Shown here: piece after piece, positions 31,401-41,752 of the stretch
How positions within the stretch are numbered: position 1 is the first letter of the stretch
How the letters are laid out: every line of letters begins with the position of its first letter
Assembly: GCA_945905715.1 (NCBI GenBank)
Contig: CAMDPW010000004.1
Location: 1-53,288 of the forward strand
DNA length: 53,288 nt
Source: Rickettsia typhi
Lineage (GTDB): Bacteria > Pseudomonadota > Alphaproteobacteria > Rickettsiales > JABSSG01
Reading direction: 5' to 3'
Position numbers and translations under genes: made by a program
Notes under the pieces: generated by a model
The model's database searches: none
Told to the model about the DNA's origin: nothing
The model's input: only the letters and a program-made list of their open reading frames with translations

Positions 31401-32548
31401 AATAACTACAGTAAACCATATTGTACACATAAGTACTAGAGTCAAATATTGAGTAAAATTTCAGTCTATACCAAACATCTGAGCAAAGACAATCGTACAG
31501 ACTCTATGATAAATTGGCTCTCCAATCTATGTCGATGTGAAAGTAGAGTATAATTCGGCTCTTTAGTCTGGTAAAAGGGGTAGCTGCTGAGCGAAACCGG
31601 CTAGAGAGGACCACTCTTCTAATCTACGCAACTCGGTAAAAACTCTTCATAACCTTTACTCTATCCAAAGTTTTAATTGTTCATAGGCTCATATCGCAAA
31701 TATCACTGATGTATGGATGAACTTTTTCATCTTTTTGACATAACGCTATATACAAAATTGGCCAACTTATAGTTTTTTTCATGAGGTAAACACATATTTT
31801 ATACAGACCAGGCTTTAGCTTACGGGGGACGGGAGTGGCTCTTCTTTATAGCACCAAAAATATCAGAGACTACTAAGGTGCCACTTGGCACATGGATTAC
31901 AGAAACTTCACTCACCTCTTCTCCGTGTGAACAAATTCTTGCGGGGTAAGCAGTGGCTCTCAGTGATCTCTGCTGCGTCTCCTCCTATACTAAAAAAATC
32001 ATTATCTCTGATTCATCAGCTCTACAAAACACTTATTAGAACAATTATTGCGTAGGCTGTTAACACAGACTCACGTATCGTTGCATCTATAACGGCAATG
32101 CTGCCCCCTAGTGTCTACCAACACTAATATTTTTTTATTTAAAATGACTTTATCTTAGTGTCGATATATAAAATTTAATTTGCTCTGTGGTGACTGAATC
32201 TTTGCAATCATTACGATTAATATCAAAGCATAGTGTTCCGATAGATTTAATTTTATTTTTTAAATCTAGTTTTTATATTCTTCTCCATTCCTTTTGAACA
32301 CGATTAAAGTCTTGTGTTGGATGTTATGTTGTTTGTTCATATAAAATCTTTTACCATTAATCACCGCATATCTTTTTATTCTAATTTTGCTTGGAACATT
32401 TTGTATGTCTTTTTTTATATCATTAAACAGATATATATCTAAAAATAAATTTTACTTTCTCTCTTCAATCTACGCTATATGAACTTGTCGGCATTTTTCT
32501 TTGATTATAATATGTTCAATCACCTAATTAAAAAAGAGGCTTACTATA

Positions 32549-33331
32549 CTATTTCGCATACGTGCGATTTTCTATCCTCAGATCAATGATTTTGTAGTTT
32601 TTTTCTTTGAATTTAGGCTGAGAGCTTAACTTGACGTATTTGCTCCAGGCAATCTCAGGAGTTTCTTCTGGTAATATAATTAAAGTGTTATCATCAAGTT
32701 GAATATTCCATCTTCTATTACCAACCCAAGTTGCAGAAACAATTCTAGACTTCAACTCTTGATTAATTCCTAAGAAGTTAATTAAATCTGAAGATTGAAT
32801 CGGAGCATTTTTACCAGCAATAACAATAAATTTATCTACATCTTCTAATGTACGAATAGACATTATGCTTACATCTTCTGTGACGTAGTAGTATTTATGT
32901 TCATTTTGCCAAATAGCAATTGGTTGTTTTTCTTGAACTTTAATTGTGATGGTATCTGGTAATTGCCTTATAACGGTAATTTTATGGACGCAATCTAAAA
33001 GCTCTAGTTCATCCTTTATGTCTTGAATAGAAACCAAGAAAATTGATGTGCCAGGTTTAATCTTAGTAAGTAGTTGTTTTATACTAGTGCAATATTTAAG
33101 CGGCTCTTCAACTTCAATTCTTATGAGAGAAAAATTTAATTCCTGACTTAGTGCATTAACATAATAATCAAACTTACTTTTAGCCAGGTCTTTATCGTAA
33201 GTAATGAGTCCAGCTATACCTATAAACAAAACAAGAAACATGATATAAAATAACTTGCGAAAAAATATCTTAGTGCGACGTCTAATGCTAATTTTTTTGT
33301 AATATTTTTTGCGGCTATGATAATTTTTCAT
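32549..33331 (-). CDS. ftsQ: Cell division protein FtsQ
   Basis: Basic N-terminus with one TM segment, POTRA-like R.LPDTI.I.V.E..P.AIWQ, RRWNI, IDLR; follows ddl. Confidence 0.9.
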   Translation of the reverse strand: MKNYHSRKKYYKKISIRRRTKIFFRKLFYIMFLVLFIGIAGLITYDKDLAKSKFDYYVNALSQELNFSLIRIEVEEPLKYCTSIKQLLTKIKPGTSIFLVSIQDIKDELELLDCVHKITVIRQLPDTITIKVQEKQPIAIWQNEHKYYYVTEDVSIMSIRTLEDVDKFIVIAGKNAPIQSSDLINFLGINQELKSRIVSATWVGNRRWNIQLDDNTLIILPEETPEIAWSKYVKLSSQPKFKEKNYKIIDLRIENRTYAK

Positions 33332-34310
33332 GCTTCAAAGCATCTTGTACTATTTTATCAACTAGTTGGTTGTAAGTAATGCCATGGTAAGCGCATATTT
33401 CTGGGACTAAAGATAGAGGCGTCATTCCTGGGTGAGTATTAATCTCTAAAATATAAAATGTTCCATCCTCACCCTCATTCTTATTATATCTAAAATCTAC
33501 TCTGCTAACGCTTTTGCACCCAACTAATTCATGCACTTCTTTAGAAATTTTGAGGACTTTTTGGTAAGCAGTGGTTGAGATATCTGCCGGCATAATATGC
33601 TGAGTCATATTATCTTGATATTTTGAATCGTAATCGTAAAAACGTCTTTTAAGCGGTCTTACTTCAATAGCACCAATGGCTTCGCAGCCAACAACCGCTA
33701 CTTGGATTTCCTGTCCAGGAATATATTGTTCAATAATTATTGTGTCGCCATATTGCCACTCATAATCAACAAAATTAAAATTATCTTTTATAAATACAAC
33801 AATTACTCCAATGCTTGATCCTTCATTGACTGGTTTTATCACGTAAGGTCTTGGCATAGGATCTACAGAAATATTCTGTTTTCGGTTAATAATTTTTCGT
33901 GAGGCGCACTGAATGTTGCTCTCTCTAAATAAAGCGCCAGAGAAAATTTTATTCATAGCAATAGCAGATGACAAAACCCCTGAATGAGTATATTTAAGAT
34001 TCATTATTTCCAGAGTGCCTGGAAGACAACCATCTTCACCATAAGGTCCGTATAAGCCGTTGTAAACTATATCTGGTTTTAAAGAAAGTAGTATATTGGC
34101 TATATCACAACCCATATCAATAGGAGTAACAATATAACCATTTTCAAGTAAGGCACTCATTAATCCAGAAGATGACATAATAGAAACCTCTCTTTCAGCA
34201 GACATACCTCCATATATCAAAGCTACATGAATGTTGTTACGGTCATTTGCTATTTTTGGTTTTTGCGTAGGATACACTATAGTATTTCTCATAAAATTAT
34301 CTTTCTCCAA
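33315..34310 (-). CDS. ddl: D-alanine--D-alanine ligase
   Basis: GGMSAEREVS, GEDG, KP..EGSSIGV, YDYDSKY, LEINTHPGMTPLSLVP. Alternative start at 34292. Confidence 0.96.
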   Translation of the reverse strand: MEKDNFMRNTIVYPTQKPKIANDRNNIHVALIYGGMSAEREVSIMSSSGLMSALLENGYIVTPIDMGCDIANILLSLKPDIVYNGLYGPYGEDGCLPGTLEIMNLKYTHSGVLSSAIAMNKIFSGALFRESNIQCASRKIINRKQNISVDPMPRPYVIKPVNEGSSIGVIVVFIKDNFNFVDYEWQYGDTIIIEQYIPGQEIQVAVVGCEAIGAIEVRPLKRRFYDYDSKYQDNMTQHIMPADISTTAYQKVLKISKEVHELVGCKSVSRVDFRYNKNEGEDGTFYILEINTHPGMTPLSLVPEICAYHGITYNQLVDKIVQDALKHEKLS

Positions 34311-35193
34311 TGCGCTTTATTTCCCATTCTAAAATGATCTTAGTTTTATTAAACACCTTTTGCCTAACTAACTCACCAAGACTTTCAATATCTTTAGCGG
34401 TTGCATTGCCAGTATTGATTAAAAAGTTACAGTGTTTTTTTGAGACCTGAGCATCACCTATCTTCAACCCATGGCAACCAGCTCCATCAATTAATTGCCA
34501 GGCTTTATATCCTTCCGGGTTTTTAAAAGTTGAACCTCCAGTACGCTCTTTAATTGGTTGTGTATTACTTCTTGTTTCAACTATGTTATTCATTTTTTTT
34601 AATATATCAACTTTGCTCTTAAACTGAAGCATGAAAGTTGCTTTTGTATAAATATACTCACCTTTAAGGTTGTTGCTACGATAAGTAAAACCAATATCAG
34701 TTTTTTTTAAGTTTATAATTTCGCCAGTCTTTATATTTACAGCTTCTACTGACACTAAACATTCAGAAGTATCAGAGCCATACGCGCCAGCATTCATAGC
34801 AATGGCTCCACCGATCGAGCCTGGAATGCCTAATAAAAACTCAAGTCCAGATAAATTGTGTTCAGCTGCAAACTTAGCAACATTACAATCAAGAGTGCTG
34901 GTACCAGCAGTAATACTGTTATTTTTCACAGTTAGACTATTAAAAAACTTACCTAATTTAATGACCACGCCTTTAACGCCACCATCTCTAATGATCACAT
35001 TTGATCCTACTCCCAAAATGGTAAGAGGACAGTCTTGAGGCTTATTTTTTAAGAAATAAGAAAGGTCATTAGTGTCAATTGGCTTAAATAGAACTTCTGC
35101 TTTACCGCCAACGCGAAACCAGTTAGTTGTGGATAGATCTATCTTTTCGCGGTAACTACCTTCTATTTTAGGTAAGTAATTAGTGAATGACAT
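34297..35193 (-). CDS. murB: UDP-N-acetylmuramate dehydrogenase
   Basis: GVGSNV, GIPGSIGGA..MNAGAYG, GSTFKNP, KHCNFLIN, LEWEI. Confidence 0.97.
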   Translation of the reverse strand: MSFTNYLPKIEGSYREKIDLSTTNWFRVGGKAEVLFKPIDTNDLSYFLKNKPQDCPLTILGVGSNVIIRDGGVKGVVIKLGKFFNSLTVKNNSITAGTSTLDCNVAKFAAEHNLSGLEFLLGIPGSIGGAIAMNAGAYGSDTSECLVSVEAVNIKTGEIINLKKTDIGFTYRSNNLKGEYIYTKATFMLQFKSKVDILKKMNNIVETRSNTQPIKERTGGSTFKNPEGYKAWQLIDGAGCHGLKIGDAQVSKKHCNFLINTGNATAKDIESLGELVRQKVFNKTKIILEWEIKRIGER

Positions 35194-35196
35194 TGT

Positions 35197-36615
35197 TTAT
35201 AATTTTTTAACAATATCATTAGCCCAATAAGTTATGCTACCAGCACCCAAGAATATCATAATGTCATTTGGTTTAGCATATAATTTCACTATTTCAGGTA
35301 ATTCATCATGTGAAAGTAACAATCTAGCGTCTGAGTGCGCATTAGTTTGTTTTATAGCATTGATTAATAGTTCTTTATTTAGATTTTCAATAGGAGATTC
35401 TCCAGCGCCATATATATCAGCAATGTAGAGTATATTAGCATCACTAAAACTATGAACAAATTCACTAAATAAATACTGCAAACGGCTATACCTATGTGGT
35501 TGAAATATAGCAATAACTTTGCCATTATTTTGTGCTGCTACAGATTTAGCTGTTCTCAGTGTTACTTTTATTTCTTCTGGATGGTGTGCATAATCGTCAA
35601 TAAATTTTACCCCATTATACTCACCAACTAAGGTAAATCTTCTTTTCACTCCATGGAAAGATTTAAAACCATCAATAATGTTATCTTTATTAAAGCCAAG
35701 CTCTAAAGCTATAGCAATTGGTCCTAGCGCATTGAGCACATTGTGTACCCCAGGTGTGGGTAACTTAATATTATGCAATTCTCTGATTTTAGTATTTAAA
35801 TTGTTTGAAATTAACACATCAAAAATTGAGTGATTTATACCTTCTCTGATGTTCACTGCTTTGACGTCAATATTTTTTGATTCTATGCCATAAGTAATGA
35901 TTTTACGATCAGTAACTGTATCAGCAATTTCTTTTACTATAGGATGATCAATGCAGACAACGCCAAAACCATAGAAAGGTAAATTTGAAAGAAAAGTTCT
36001 AAATGCGTCTTTAATTTTATCAAACGTGCCATAAAAATCCATGTGCTCATGATCTATATTGGTAATAATGCCAATTGTCGATGGAATTTTAATAAAAGTA
36101 GCATCAGATTCATCAGCTTCGGCAATCAAAAAATCACCATTGCCAAGATAAGCATTAGTGTGACGATTATTAATGATTCCACCATTGATCACAGTTGGAT
36201 TTTTATTAGAGGCTTCAAATATGCAAGCCGTTAAAGAAGTAGTAGTAGTTTTTCCATGAGAGCCAGCAATAACAACGCACACTTTTAATCTCATTAGCTC
36301 TGCAAGCATTTCAGTACGTGAGATTACAGGAATTTTATGTTTTCTTGCAGCAATGACTTCCGGGTTATCATCTTTTACCGCGGTTGACCTAACTAATAGG
36401 GCAATGTCTCTTAAATTTTCACCAGTTTGATCTAAAAAAATGGTGATTCCTAATTTTTTTAAGCGTGCAATTACATAATTGTCTGATTGATCTGAGCCTT
36501 GAATCGTATAACCAAGATTACTTAATATCTCTGCAATTCCACTCATTCCGATTCCACCAATACCTGAAAAGTGGATTTTGCCTGTGTAGCTGAGCATCAA
36601 CTTATTTATATGCAT
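35197..36615 (-). CDS. murC: UDP-N-acetylmuramate--L-alanine ligase
   Basis: GIGGIGMSGIA, GSHGKTTTT, EADESD, DDYAHHP.E, FQPHRYSR. Confidence 0.97.
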   Translation of the reverse strand: MHINKLMLSYTGKIHFSGIGGIGMSGIAEILSNLGYTIQGSDQSDNYVIARLKKLGITIFLDQTGENLRDIALLVRSTAVKDDNPEVIAARKHKIPVISRTEMLAELMRLKVCVVIAGSHGKTTTTSLTACIFEASNKNPTVINGGIINNRHTNAYLGNGDFLIAEADESDATFIKIPSTIGIITNIDHEHMDFYGTFDKIKDAFRTFLSNLPFYGFGVVCIDHPIVKEIADTVTDRKIITYGIESKNIDVKAVNIREGINHSIFDVLISNNLNTKIRELHNIKLPTPGVHNVLNALGPIAIALELGFNKDNIIDGFKSFHGVKRRFTLVGEYNGVKFIDDYAHHPEEIKVTLRTAKSVAAQNNGKVIAIFQPHRYSRLQYLFSEFVHSFSDANILYIADIYGAGESPIENLNKELLINAIKQTNAHSDARLLLSHDELPEIVKLYAKPNDIMIFLGAGSITYWANDIVKKL

Positions 36616-36687
36616 AACTCCCTATTATTAATTATTTTCAATAATAGTATCAGAGAAAATTAATTTATGTAAGTAGTTAGAGTAAAT

Positions 36688-37083
36688 TTATAATATTTCT
36701 ATTATTGCAAAGGCTAATGCTATAGGATATTCATCACTAAGACTCAAATGAACGATAAATTTTTGATTGAAAATTGTATGCAATATGTAATCATTTAATT
36801 TTTGATTTATTATATAATAAGGTTTGCCCATTTTGTTATTAAAAATCTCGATATCATGCAAGGAGATGTTTTGGCTAAAACCAGTACCAAGAGCTTTAAC
36901 AAAAGCTTCTTTGGCAGCAAATCTTTTAGCAATATGGCCATATAATTGCTTGCCTGATTTTGTAGTAATGACCTCAATTTCTTGAGTCGTAAGAATTTTG
37001 TTACTAAATTTTTGTCCAAACTTCTTATGGAGACGTTCAATACGTGGAATGTATGCAATGTCAGTACCAATACCAAGAATCAT
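36688..37083 (-). CDS. acpS: Holo-ACP synthase
   Basis: GIGTDI, RFAAKEAFVKALGTG, GKP, HLSLSDE. Confidence 0.96.
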   Translation of the reverse strand: MILGIGTDIAYIPRIERLHKKFGQKFSNKILTTQEIEVITTKSGKQLYGHIAKRFAAKEAFVKALGTGFSQNISLHDIEIFNNKMGKPYYIINQKLNDYILHTIFNQKFIVHLSLSDEYPIALAFAIIEIL

Positions 37084-39230
37084 GATTTGATATATCTAGT
37101 GACTGAATGAATGCATGATTGTGTTCGTAATGATGCTATAACATTTGATAAATGAGTTACGCCTTTCACCTCTAGATCTACAGCAATATCAAAAAAGTCG
37201 CTTGATCTGCTATGAATTTTAAAGTTGTTAATATTGGCGTCAAGTTTGGCAATTGTTGTGGTTAAAGTAGCCAAGCTGCCAGCCTGGTGTAATAGTACTG
37301 CATTGATAGTTGCAACATAAGTTTTTTTACTATTGTCTTTATCCCAAGAAATATCTAACCACTTTTCGGGAGTTGATGAAAAATTTTGTAACACCTCGCA
37401 ATCTGAAATATGTATGGATATGCCTTTACCAGTGTGAGTGATGCCTATTATATGATCTCCTGGAATAGGATGGCAACAATCAGCAAAATGCACTGCCATA
37501 CCAGGTATTAGTCCTTTTATTGAGATGTGATTATTATTAAATTTTTTTCTTCCAAAAGATAAAAAAGATAATTTTTTTTTAAGTGCATTATAAGTTTTGT
37601 AACCAGGTAGTAGTTGTTTCATTAAGTTGTCGATATTAATCGCACCATAACCTATCGCTTGAAATAAATCTTCCTTATTTTTTTTATTAAAAACAAGCAA
37701 AGCTGGTTTTAAATTTTCATCACTAAATTCTTTGTGATTTTTTTCAAAAGCCTGTGTTAGGATTATTCTGCCAAGATTTATATATTCTTTTCTTTTTTTT
37801 AAGATGATATGTTTTCTAATCTCACTTAGAGCCTTGGCAGTAATAACTAATTTCTCCCAAGAAGGTAGAGGGGTATGATTTTGATTAGTGATGATTTCTA
37901 CCTGGTCACCATTTTGTAATTCAGTGCCAAGAGGAGCAATGCGACAATTAATCTTGGTACCTATGCAGTGGTTACCAATATCAGAGTGCACTGCGTATGC
38001 AAAATCAATAGCAGTAGCACTTTTAGGTAGAGCAATTACTTCGCCTTTTGGCGTAAAACAGAATACCTGATCATAATACATATCTATTTTTGTGTTGTCT
38101 AAAAACTCATTAAAATCATTACTAGATTCCAAGATGTGCAGTAGGTCTCTGACCCAATTATATCTTTTAGGGTCATCTTTAAAATCAAAATTCTGCTTAT
38201 AACACCAATGAGCCGCAACGCCAAGTTCTGCTAGGTGATGCATTTTTTCGGTGCGAATCTGAATCTCTATTTTTTGTTCTTTTGGACCAATGACTATAGT
38301 GTGAATTGAGCAATATCCATTTGATTTAGGCGTACTAATAAAATCACGAAATGAAATAGGTACCGCATGGAAGGCTTGATGAATCACTCCCAGCACACGA
38401 TAACAATCTTCAATTTTGTTAACAATTACTCTAAAAGCCATCACATCAGATAATTGTTCAAAATTAATACTTTTTCTCTTCATTTTTTGCCAAATAGAAT
38501 ATGGCGTTTTTTCACGACCAATAATATTGACTTTAATGTTATTATTATCTAGTAATTTGGACAAATCATTTACGATATCATTTACTAACAAACATCCATC
38601 ATTGCGTAGTAAATCCAGTCGATTGGTAATTGAAGATCTAATTTCAGAGTATAATTCCTTAAAAGCGAGATCTTGCAAATCATTTTTTAAATTTTGCATG
38701 CCAATGCGCTCTGCAAGTGGGGCATATATTTCTAAGGTTTCAAGTGCTTTTTTTTGTCTTTTGTCGCTGCTGCTTACATGTGACAAGGTACGCATATTAT
38801 GTAGGCGATCAGCAAGTTTAACCAATAAGACTCTAATGTCATGAGAAATAGCAACTAATAATTTACGGAAATTTTCTGTTTGTAATTGATGTTCAGATTG
38901 ATATTCGATTTTATGTAACTTTGTTACGCCATCAACTAATGTAGCAATTTCATGGCTAAATTTCGTTTCTATTTGTTCCAAAGTAACCTCGGTATCTTCA
39001 ACAGTGTCATGAAGAATAGCGGTGATTATAGTGGCGCTATCTAGCTTCATATCAGCTAAAATATTCGCTACTGCTAGCGGATGGTTAAAATACGGTTCTC
39101 CAGACTGACGTTTCTGATTTTTATGCGCTTCAATTGAGAATTTGCATGCCTCTTCTAATAAGGACACAGCAGGATGAGTCTTATCGTATGACCGAACTTT
39201 TGCTACTAATGAATCGTAATGACTGAGCAT
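37080..39230 (-). CDS. spoT: Long bifunctional RelA/SpoT (p)ppGpp synthetase/hydrolase
   Basis: HD domain (R.SGEPY..HP, LHDTVED, KLADRLHNMR), synthetase (GREK..YS, EIQIRT), TGS (DFAYAVHS), CCHP zinc-finger region and C-terminal ACT-like domain. Confidence 0.95.
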   Translation of the reverse strand: MLSHYDSLVAKVRSYDKTHPAVSLLEEACKFSIEAHKNQKRQSGEPYFNHPLAVANILADMKLDSATIITAILHDTVEDTEVTLEQIETKFSHEIATLVDGVTKLHKIEYQSEHQLQTENFRKLLVAISHDIRVLLVKLADRLHNMRTLSHVSSSDKRQKKALETLEIYAPLAERIGMQNLKNDLQDLAFKELYSEIRSSITNRLDLLRNDGCLLVNDIVNDLSKLLDNNNIKVNIIGREKTPYSIWQKMKRKSINFEQLSDVMAFRVIVNKIEDCYRVLGVIHQAFHAVPISFRDFISTPKSNGYCSIHTIVIGPKEQKIEIQIRTEKMHHLAELGVAAHWCYKQNFDFKDDPKRYNWVRDLLHILESSNDFNEFLDNTKIDMYYDQVFCFTPKGEVIALPKSATAIDFAYAVHSDIGNHCIGTKINCRIAPLGTELQNGDQVEIITNQNHTPLPSWEKLVITAKALSEIRKHIILKKRKEYINLGRIILTQAFEKNHKEFSDENLKPALLVFNKKNKEDLFQAIGYGAINIDNLMKQLLPGYKTYNALKKKLSFLSFGRKKFNNNHISIKGLIPGMAVHFADCCHPIPGDHIIGITHTGKGISIHISDCEVLQNFSSTPEKWLDISWDKDNSKKTYVATINAVLLHQAGSLATLTTTIAKLDANINNFKIHSRSSDFFDIAVDLEVKGVTHLSNVIASLRTQSCIHSVTRYIKS

Positions 39231-39268
39231 ATATTCATCAGCATATATTTGAATATATAAAGTATTTA

Positions 39269-39652
39269 TTAGAGCTTACTATTATTTTCAATATCCTCTT
39301 CATCTTCAAAGATATAATTATCAACACTTACTACCTCATCATCAACAATTAGAGTAGTTGTGTGCTCAAAAATTTCTATTTCTTCAGCAAAAGAAGATTC
39401 GTTTTTTTCTTCGATTACATCAGGGTTCGCATGTTTTTGTAAGTTTTGAACGCACATATGACGCATTTGCTCAATATCTACTGACTTATTAGCAATCTCT
39501 CTTAGAGAAATAACGGCATTTTTGTCATTATCTTTTGCAATAGTAGCTTTGGCACCTTTGGACAACTCTTTTGCGCGGTGACTTGCAAGTAATACTAGCT
39601 CAAAACGATTATTAACAATCTCTCGACAATCTTCGGCAGTAATTCGAGCCAT
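39269..39652 (-). CDS. rpoZ: RNA polymerase omega subunit
   Basis: MARITAEDC...[21 protein letters not shown], acidic tail. Confidence 0.97.
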   Translation of the reverse strand: MARITAEDCREIVNNRFELVLLASHRAKELSKGAKATIAKDNDKNAVISLREIANKSVDIEQMRHMCVQNLQKHANPDVIEEKNESSFAEEIEIFEHTTTLIVDDEVVSVDNYIFEDEEDIENNSKL

Positions 39653-39701
39653 AATTTTTCCTTTATGTTTATTTTTCTACATCATAATATTGTAATGTAA
39701 A

Positions 39702-40625
39702 TTAATCAATTGCAAATTTAGTGTTTTTTATCAATTGACTAGCATTATCAATTGTTAAATGATGTTGTTCAAGAGTTGCTTTTATGGTATTTTGCAATAA
39801 ACACGCTATGGTCATGGGTCCAACGCCGCCAGGAACCGGAGTGATCGCGCGTACTTTGGATATGACATCATCAAAGTCAACGTCTCCGATTAGTTTTGTG
39901 CTGCCATCCTCTAGGCCCACTCGACAAATACCAACATCAATCACAATTGCTCCTTGCTTAATCCAATCTTTATTAACCAATCTTGGCCTACCAGCTGCAA
40001 TTATCAAGATATCAGCCTGCTTACATATTGCTAGAATGTTCATAGATTTTGAATGAGCCACAGTAACAGTACAATCTTGATTAATTAATAAATTAGCCAT
40101 TGGCCTGCCAACGATATGAGATCGACCCACTACTACGACATTCAGTCCACTAATTTGTGGTTCAATGCTCTTAATTAAAATTAAACATCCTTGAGGAGTA
40201 CACGGAGTAAACCCTTTTTTCTCGAGTATAAGTCTACCAACATTTTCAATTGTTAGACCATCCACGTCCTTACTAGGATGGATAGTATTAATTATTTCAG
40301 CAACATCCATATGACTAGGCAACGGTAACTGTACTAGTATGCCATTGATTTTGAGATCGTTATTGAGCTGTTCAATTTTTATTTTTAATTGTCTAGTAGT
40401 GCTATTTTCATCAAACTTCAATACAACAGACCTAATGTTAGCTGCTTTAGCAGCTTTAATTTTATTATTTACGTAGATAGTACTACTTGCATTATCACCA
40501 ACCTGAATTACTGCAAGACCAGGAAAAATGTTAAGTGTTTTTAGTTTTTGTGCATGCAGAGCAACTTCTATTCTAATCGTACTAGCAATTTTTTTGCCAT
40601 CAATTATTTTACTATTTGTGATCAT
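39702..40625 (-). CDS. folD: Bifunctional methylene-THF dehydrogenase/cyclohydrolase
   Basis: GILVQLPLP, KDVDG, PCTPQG, GRSHIVGRP, TPVPGGVGPMT. Confidence 0.97.
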   Translation of the reverse strand: MITNSKIIDGKKIASTIRIEVALHAQKLKTLNIFPGLAVIQVGDNASSTIYVNNKIKAAKAANIRSVVLKFDENSTTRQLKIKIEQLNNDLKINGILVQLPLPSHMDVAEIINTIHPSKDVDGLTIENVGRLILEKKGFTPCTPQGCLILIKSIEPQISGLNVVVVGRSHIVGRPMANLLINQDCTVTVAHSKSMNILAICKQADILIIAAGRPRLVNKDWIKQGAIVIDVGICRVGLEDGSTKLIGDVDFDDVISKVRAITPVPGGVGPMTIACLLQNTIKATLEQHHLTIDNASQLIKNTKFAID

Positions 40626-41632
40626 TAATGGTTAATACCTTTGGTAGTAGAATACTCGAAATGCAGCGCTTGGTTTGGATGAATAATAGAGTACATAGCA
40701 TGAGTTGCCATAGCTGCTTCGGCAAAACCATTAAGGATTAATTTTAATTTACCTGGATAAGTGATGATGTCGCCAATAGCATAAATTCCTGCTTTATTGG
40801 TTACAAAAGTCGCGGGATTTACCTCAATATATTTTTTTGAGAGATTCAACCCCCATTCTGCTATTGGCCCTAGTTCCATAGCAAGACCAAAAAACGGTAT
40901 CAAGAAGTCAGCTTCGATAGTTTTTTCTTTACCTTCAAATGAAGTAATAATGATATGGTCAATCATGCCATTTAATCCTTGAATTGAAGTCAGTTGATAC
41001 GGCACTAAAAGGTCAATTTTACCTTCTTTGACTAACGAATGTAATTTATCGCTGTTTTCAGGTGCGCATCTAAATTTATTGCGACGATGAATGATTGTTA
41101 CTGATTTAGCAATGTGCGATAAAAGTATTGCCCAATCTACTGCAGAGTCTCCTCCGCCAGCAATGACAACGCGTTTATTTTTAAAATCTTCTCTTTTGTT
41201 AATCATATAAAATATTGATTTATTTTCAAATGCTTCAATATTATCAATAGGTGGTCTGTTAGGGCCAAAAGCACCACTACCAGCAGCAATCAACACTGCC
41301 TTTGTATTTATTTTAGTATTTTTGGAAGTGGTTAAACTAAAGCTCCCATCATAATTTTTATCAAGCTTCATTACTTTCTGTCCAAGGTGATATACTGGCG
41401 AAAAAGGTTGAGCTTGTTGTGTCAAATTTTCAATTAATTGAGCAGCGCTAATGACGGGGTGAGCGGGAATATCATAAATTGGCTTTTCAGGATATAGAGC
41501 TGAGCATTGACCGCCGATAAAATCAAGAGCATCAATGACGTGACATTTCATTTTGAGCATACCTGCTTCAAAAATGGCAAATAGTCCTACAGGACCAGCC
41601 CCTATAATTGCAATATCGGTTGTAAAATTCAT
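40625..41632 (-). CDS. Thioredoxin-reductase-like ferredoxin--NADP+ reductase (type 2 FNR)
   Basis: GAGPVG, GGQC..LYPEKPIYDIP, GGGDSAVDW, GDI..YPGKLKLI..GF.E; no CxxC. ATG at 41632 preferred over 41689. Confidence 0.9.
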   Translation of the reverse strand: MNFTTDIAIIGAGPVGLFAIFEAGMLKMKCHVIDALDFIGGQCSALYPEKPIYDIPAHPVISAAQLIENLTQQAQPFSPVYHLGQKVMKLDKNYDGSFSLTTSKNTKINTKAVLIAAGSGAFGPNRPPIDNIEAFENKSIFYMINKREDFKNKRVVIAGGGDSAVDWAILLSHIAKSVTIIHRRNKFRCAPENSDKLHSLVKEGKIDLLVPYQLTSIQGLNGMIDHIIITSFEGKEKTIEADFLIPFFGLAMELGPIAEWGLNLSKKYIEVNPATFVTNKAGIYAIGDIITYPGKLKLILNGFAEAAMATHAMYSIIHPNQALHFEYSTTKGINH

Positions 41633-41752
41633 CAGCTGCAAACCATAATTGAATTCCCAAAATAAAACATTTATTTGATTCTCTGTCAAGACAAGGTTTT
41701 TATGTGTATAAATTCATGTATAGGAATTGCAATTATTACACTTACTTATGAC

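Noticed and set aside
31401-32548. CRISPR array, group II intron end or ftsA pseudogene in the spacer
   Set aside because: No regularly spaced repeats, no domain V consensus and no FtsA motifs in the frames I translated.
40625-41632. Thioredoxin reductase trxB
   Set aside because: Lacks the redox CxxC; LYPEKPIYD and YPGKLKLI point to type 2 ferredoxin-NADP+ reductase.
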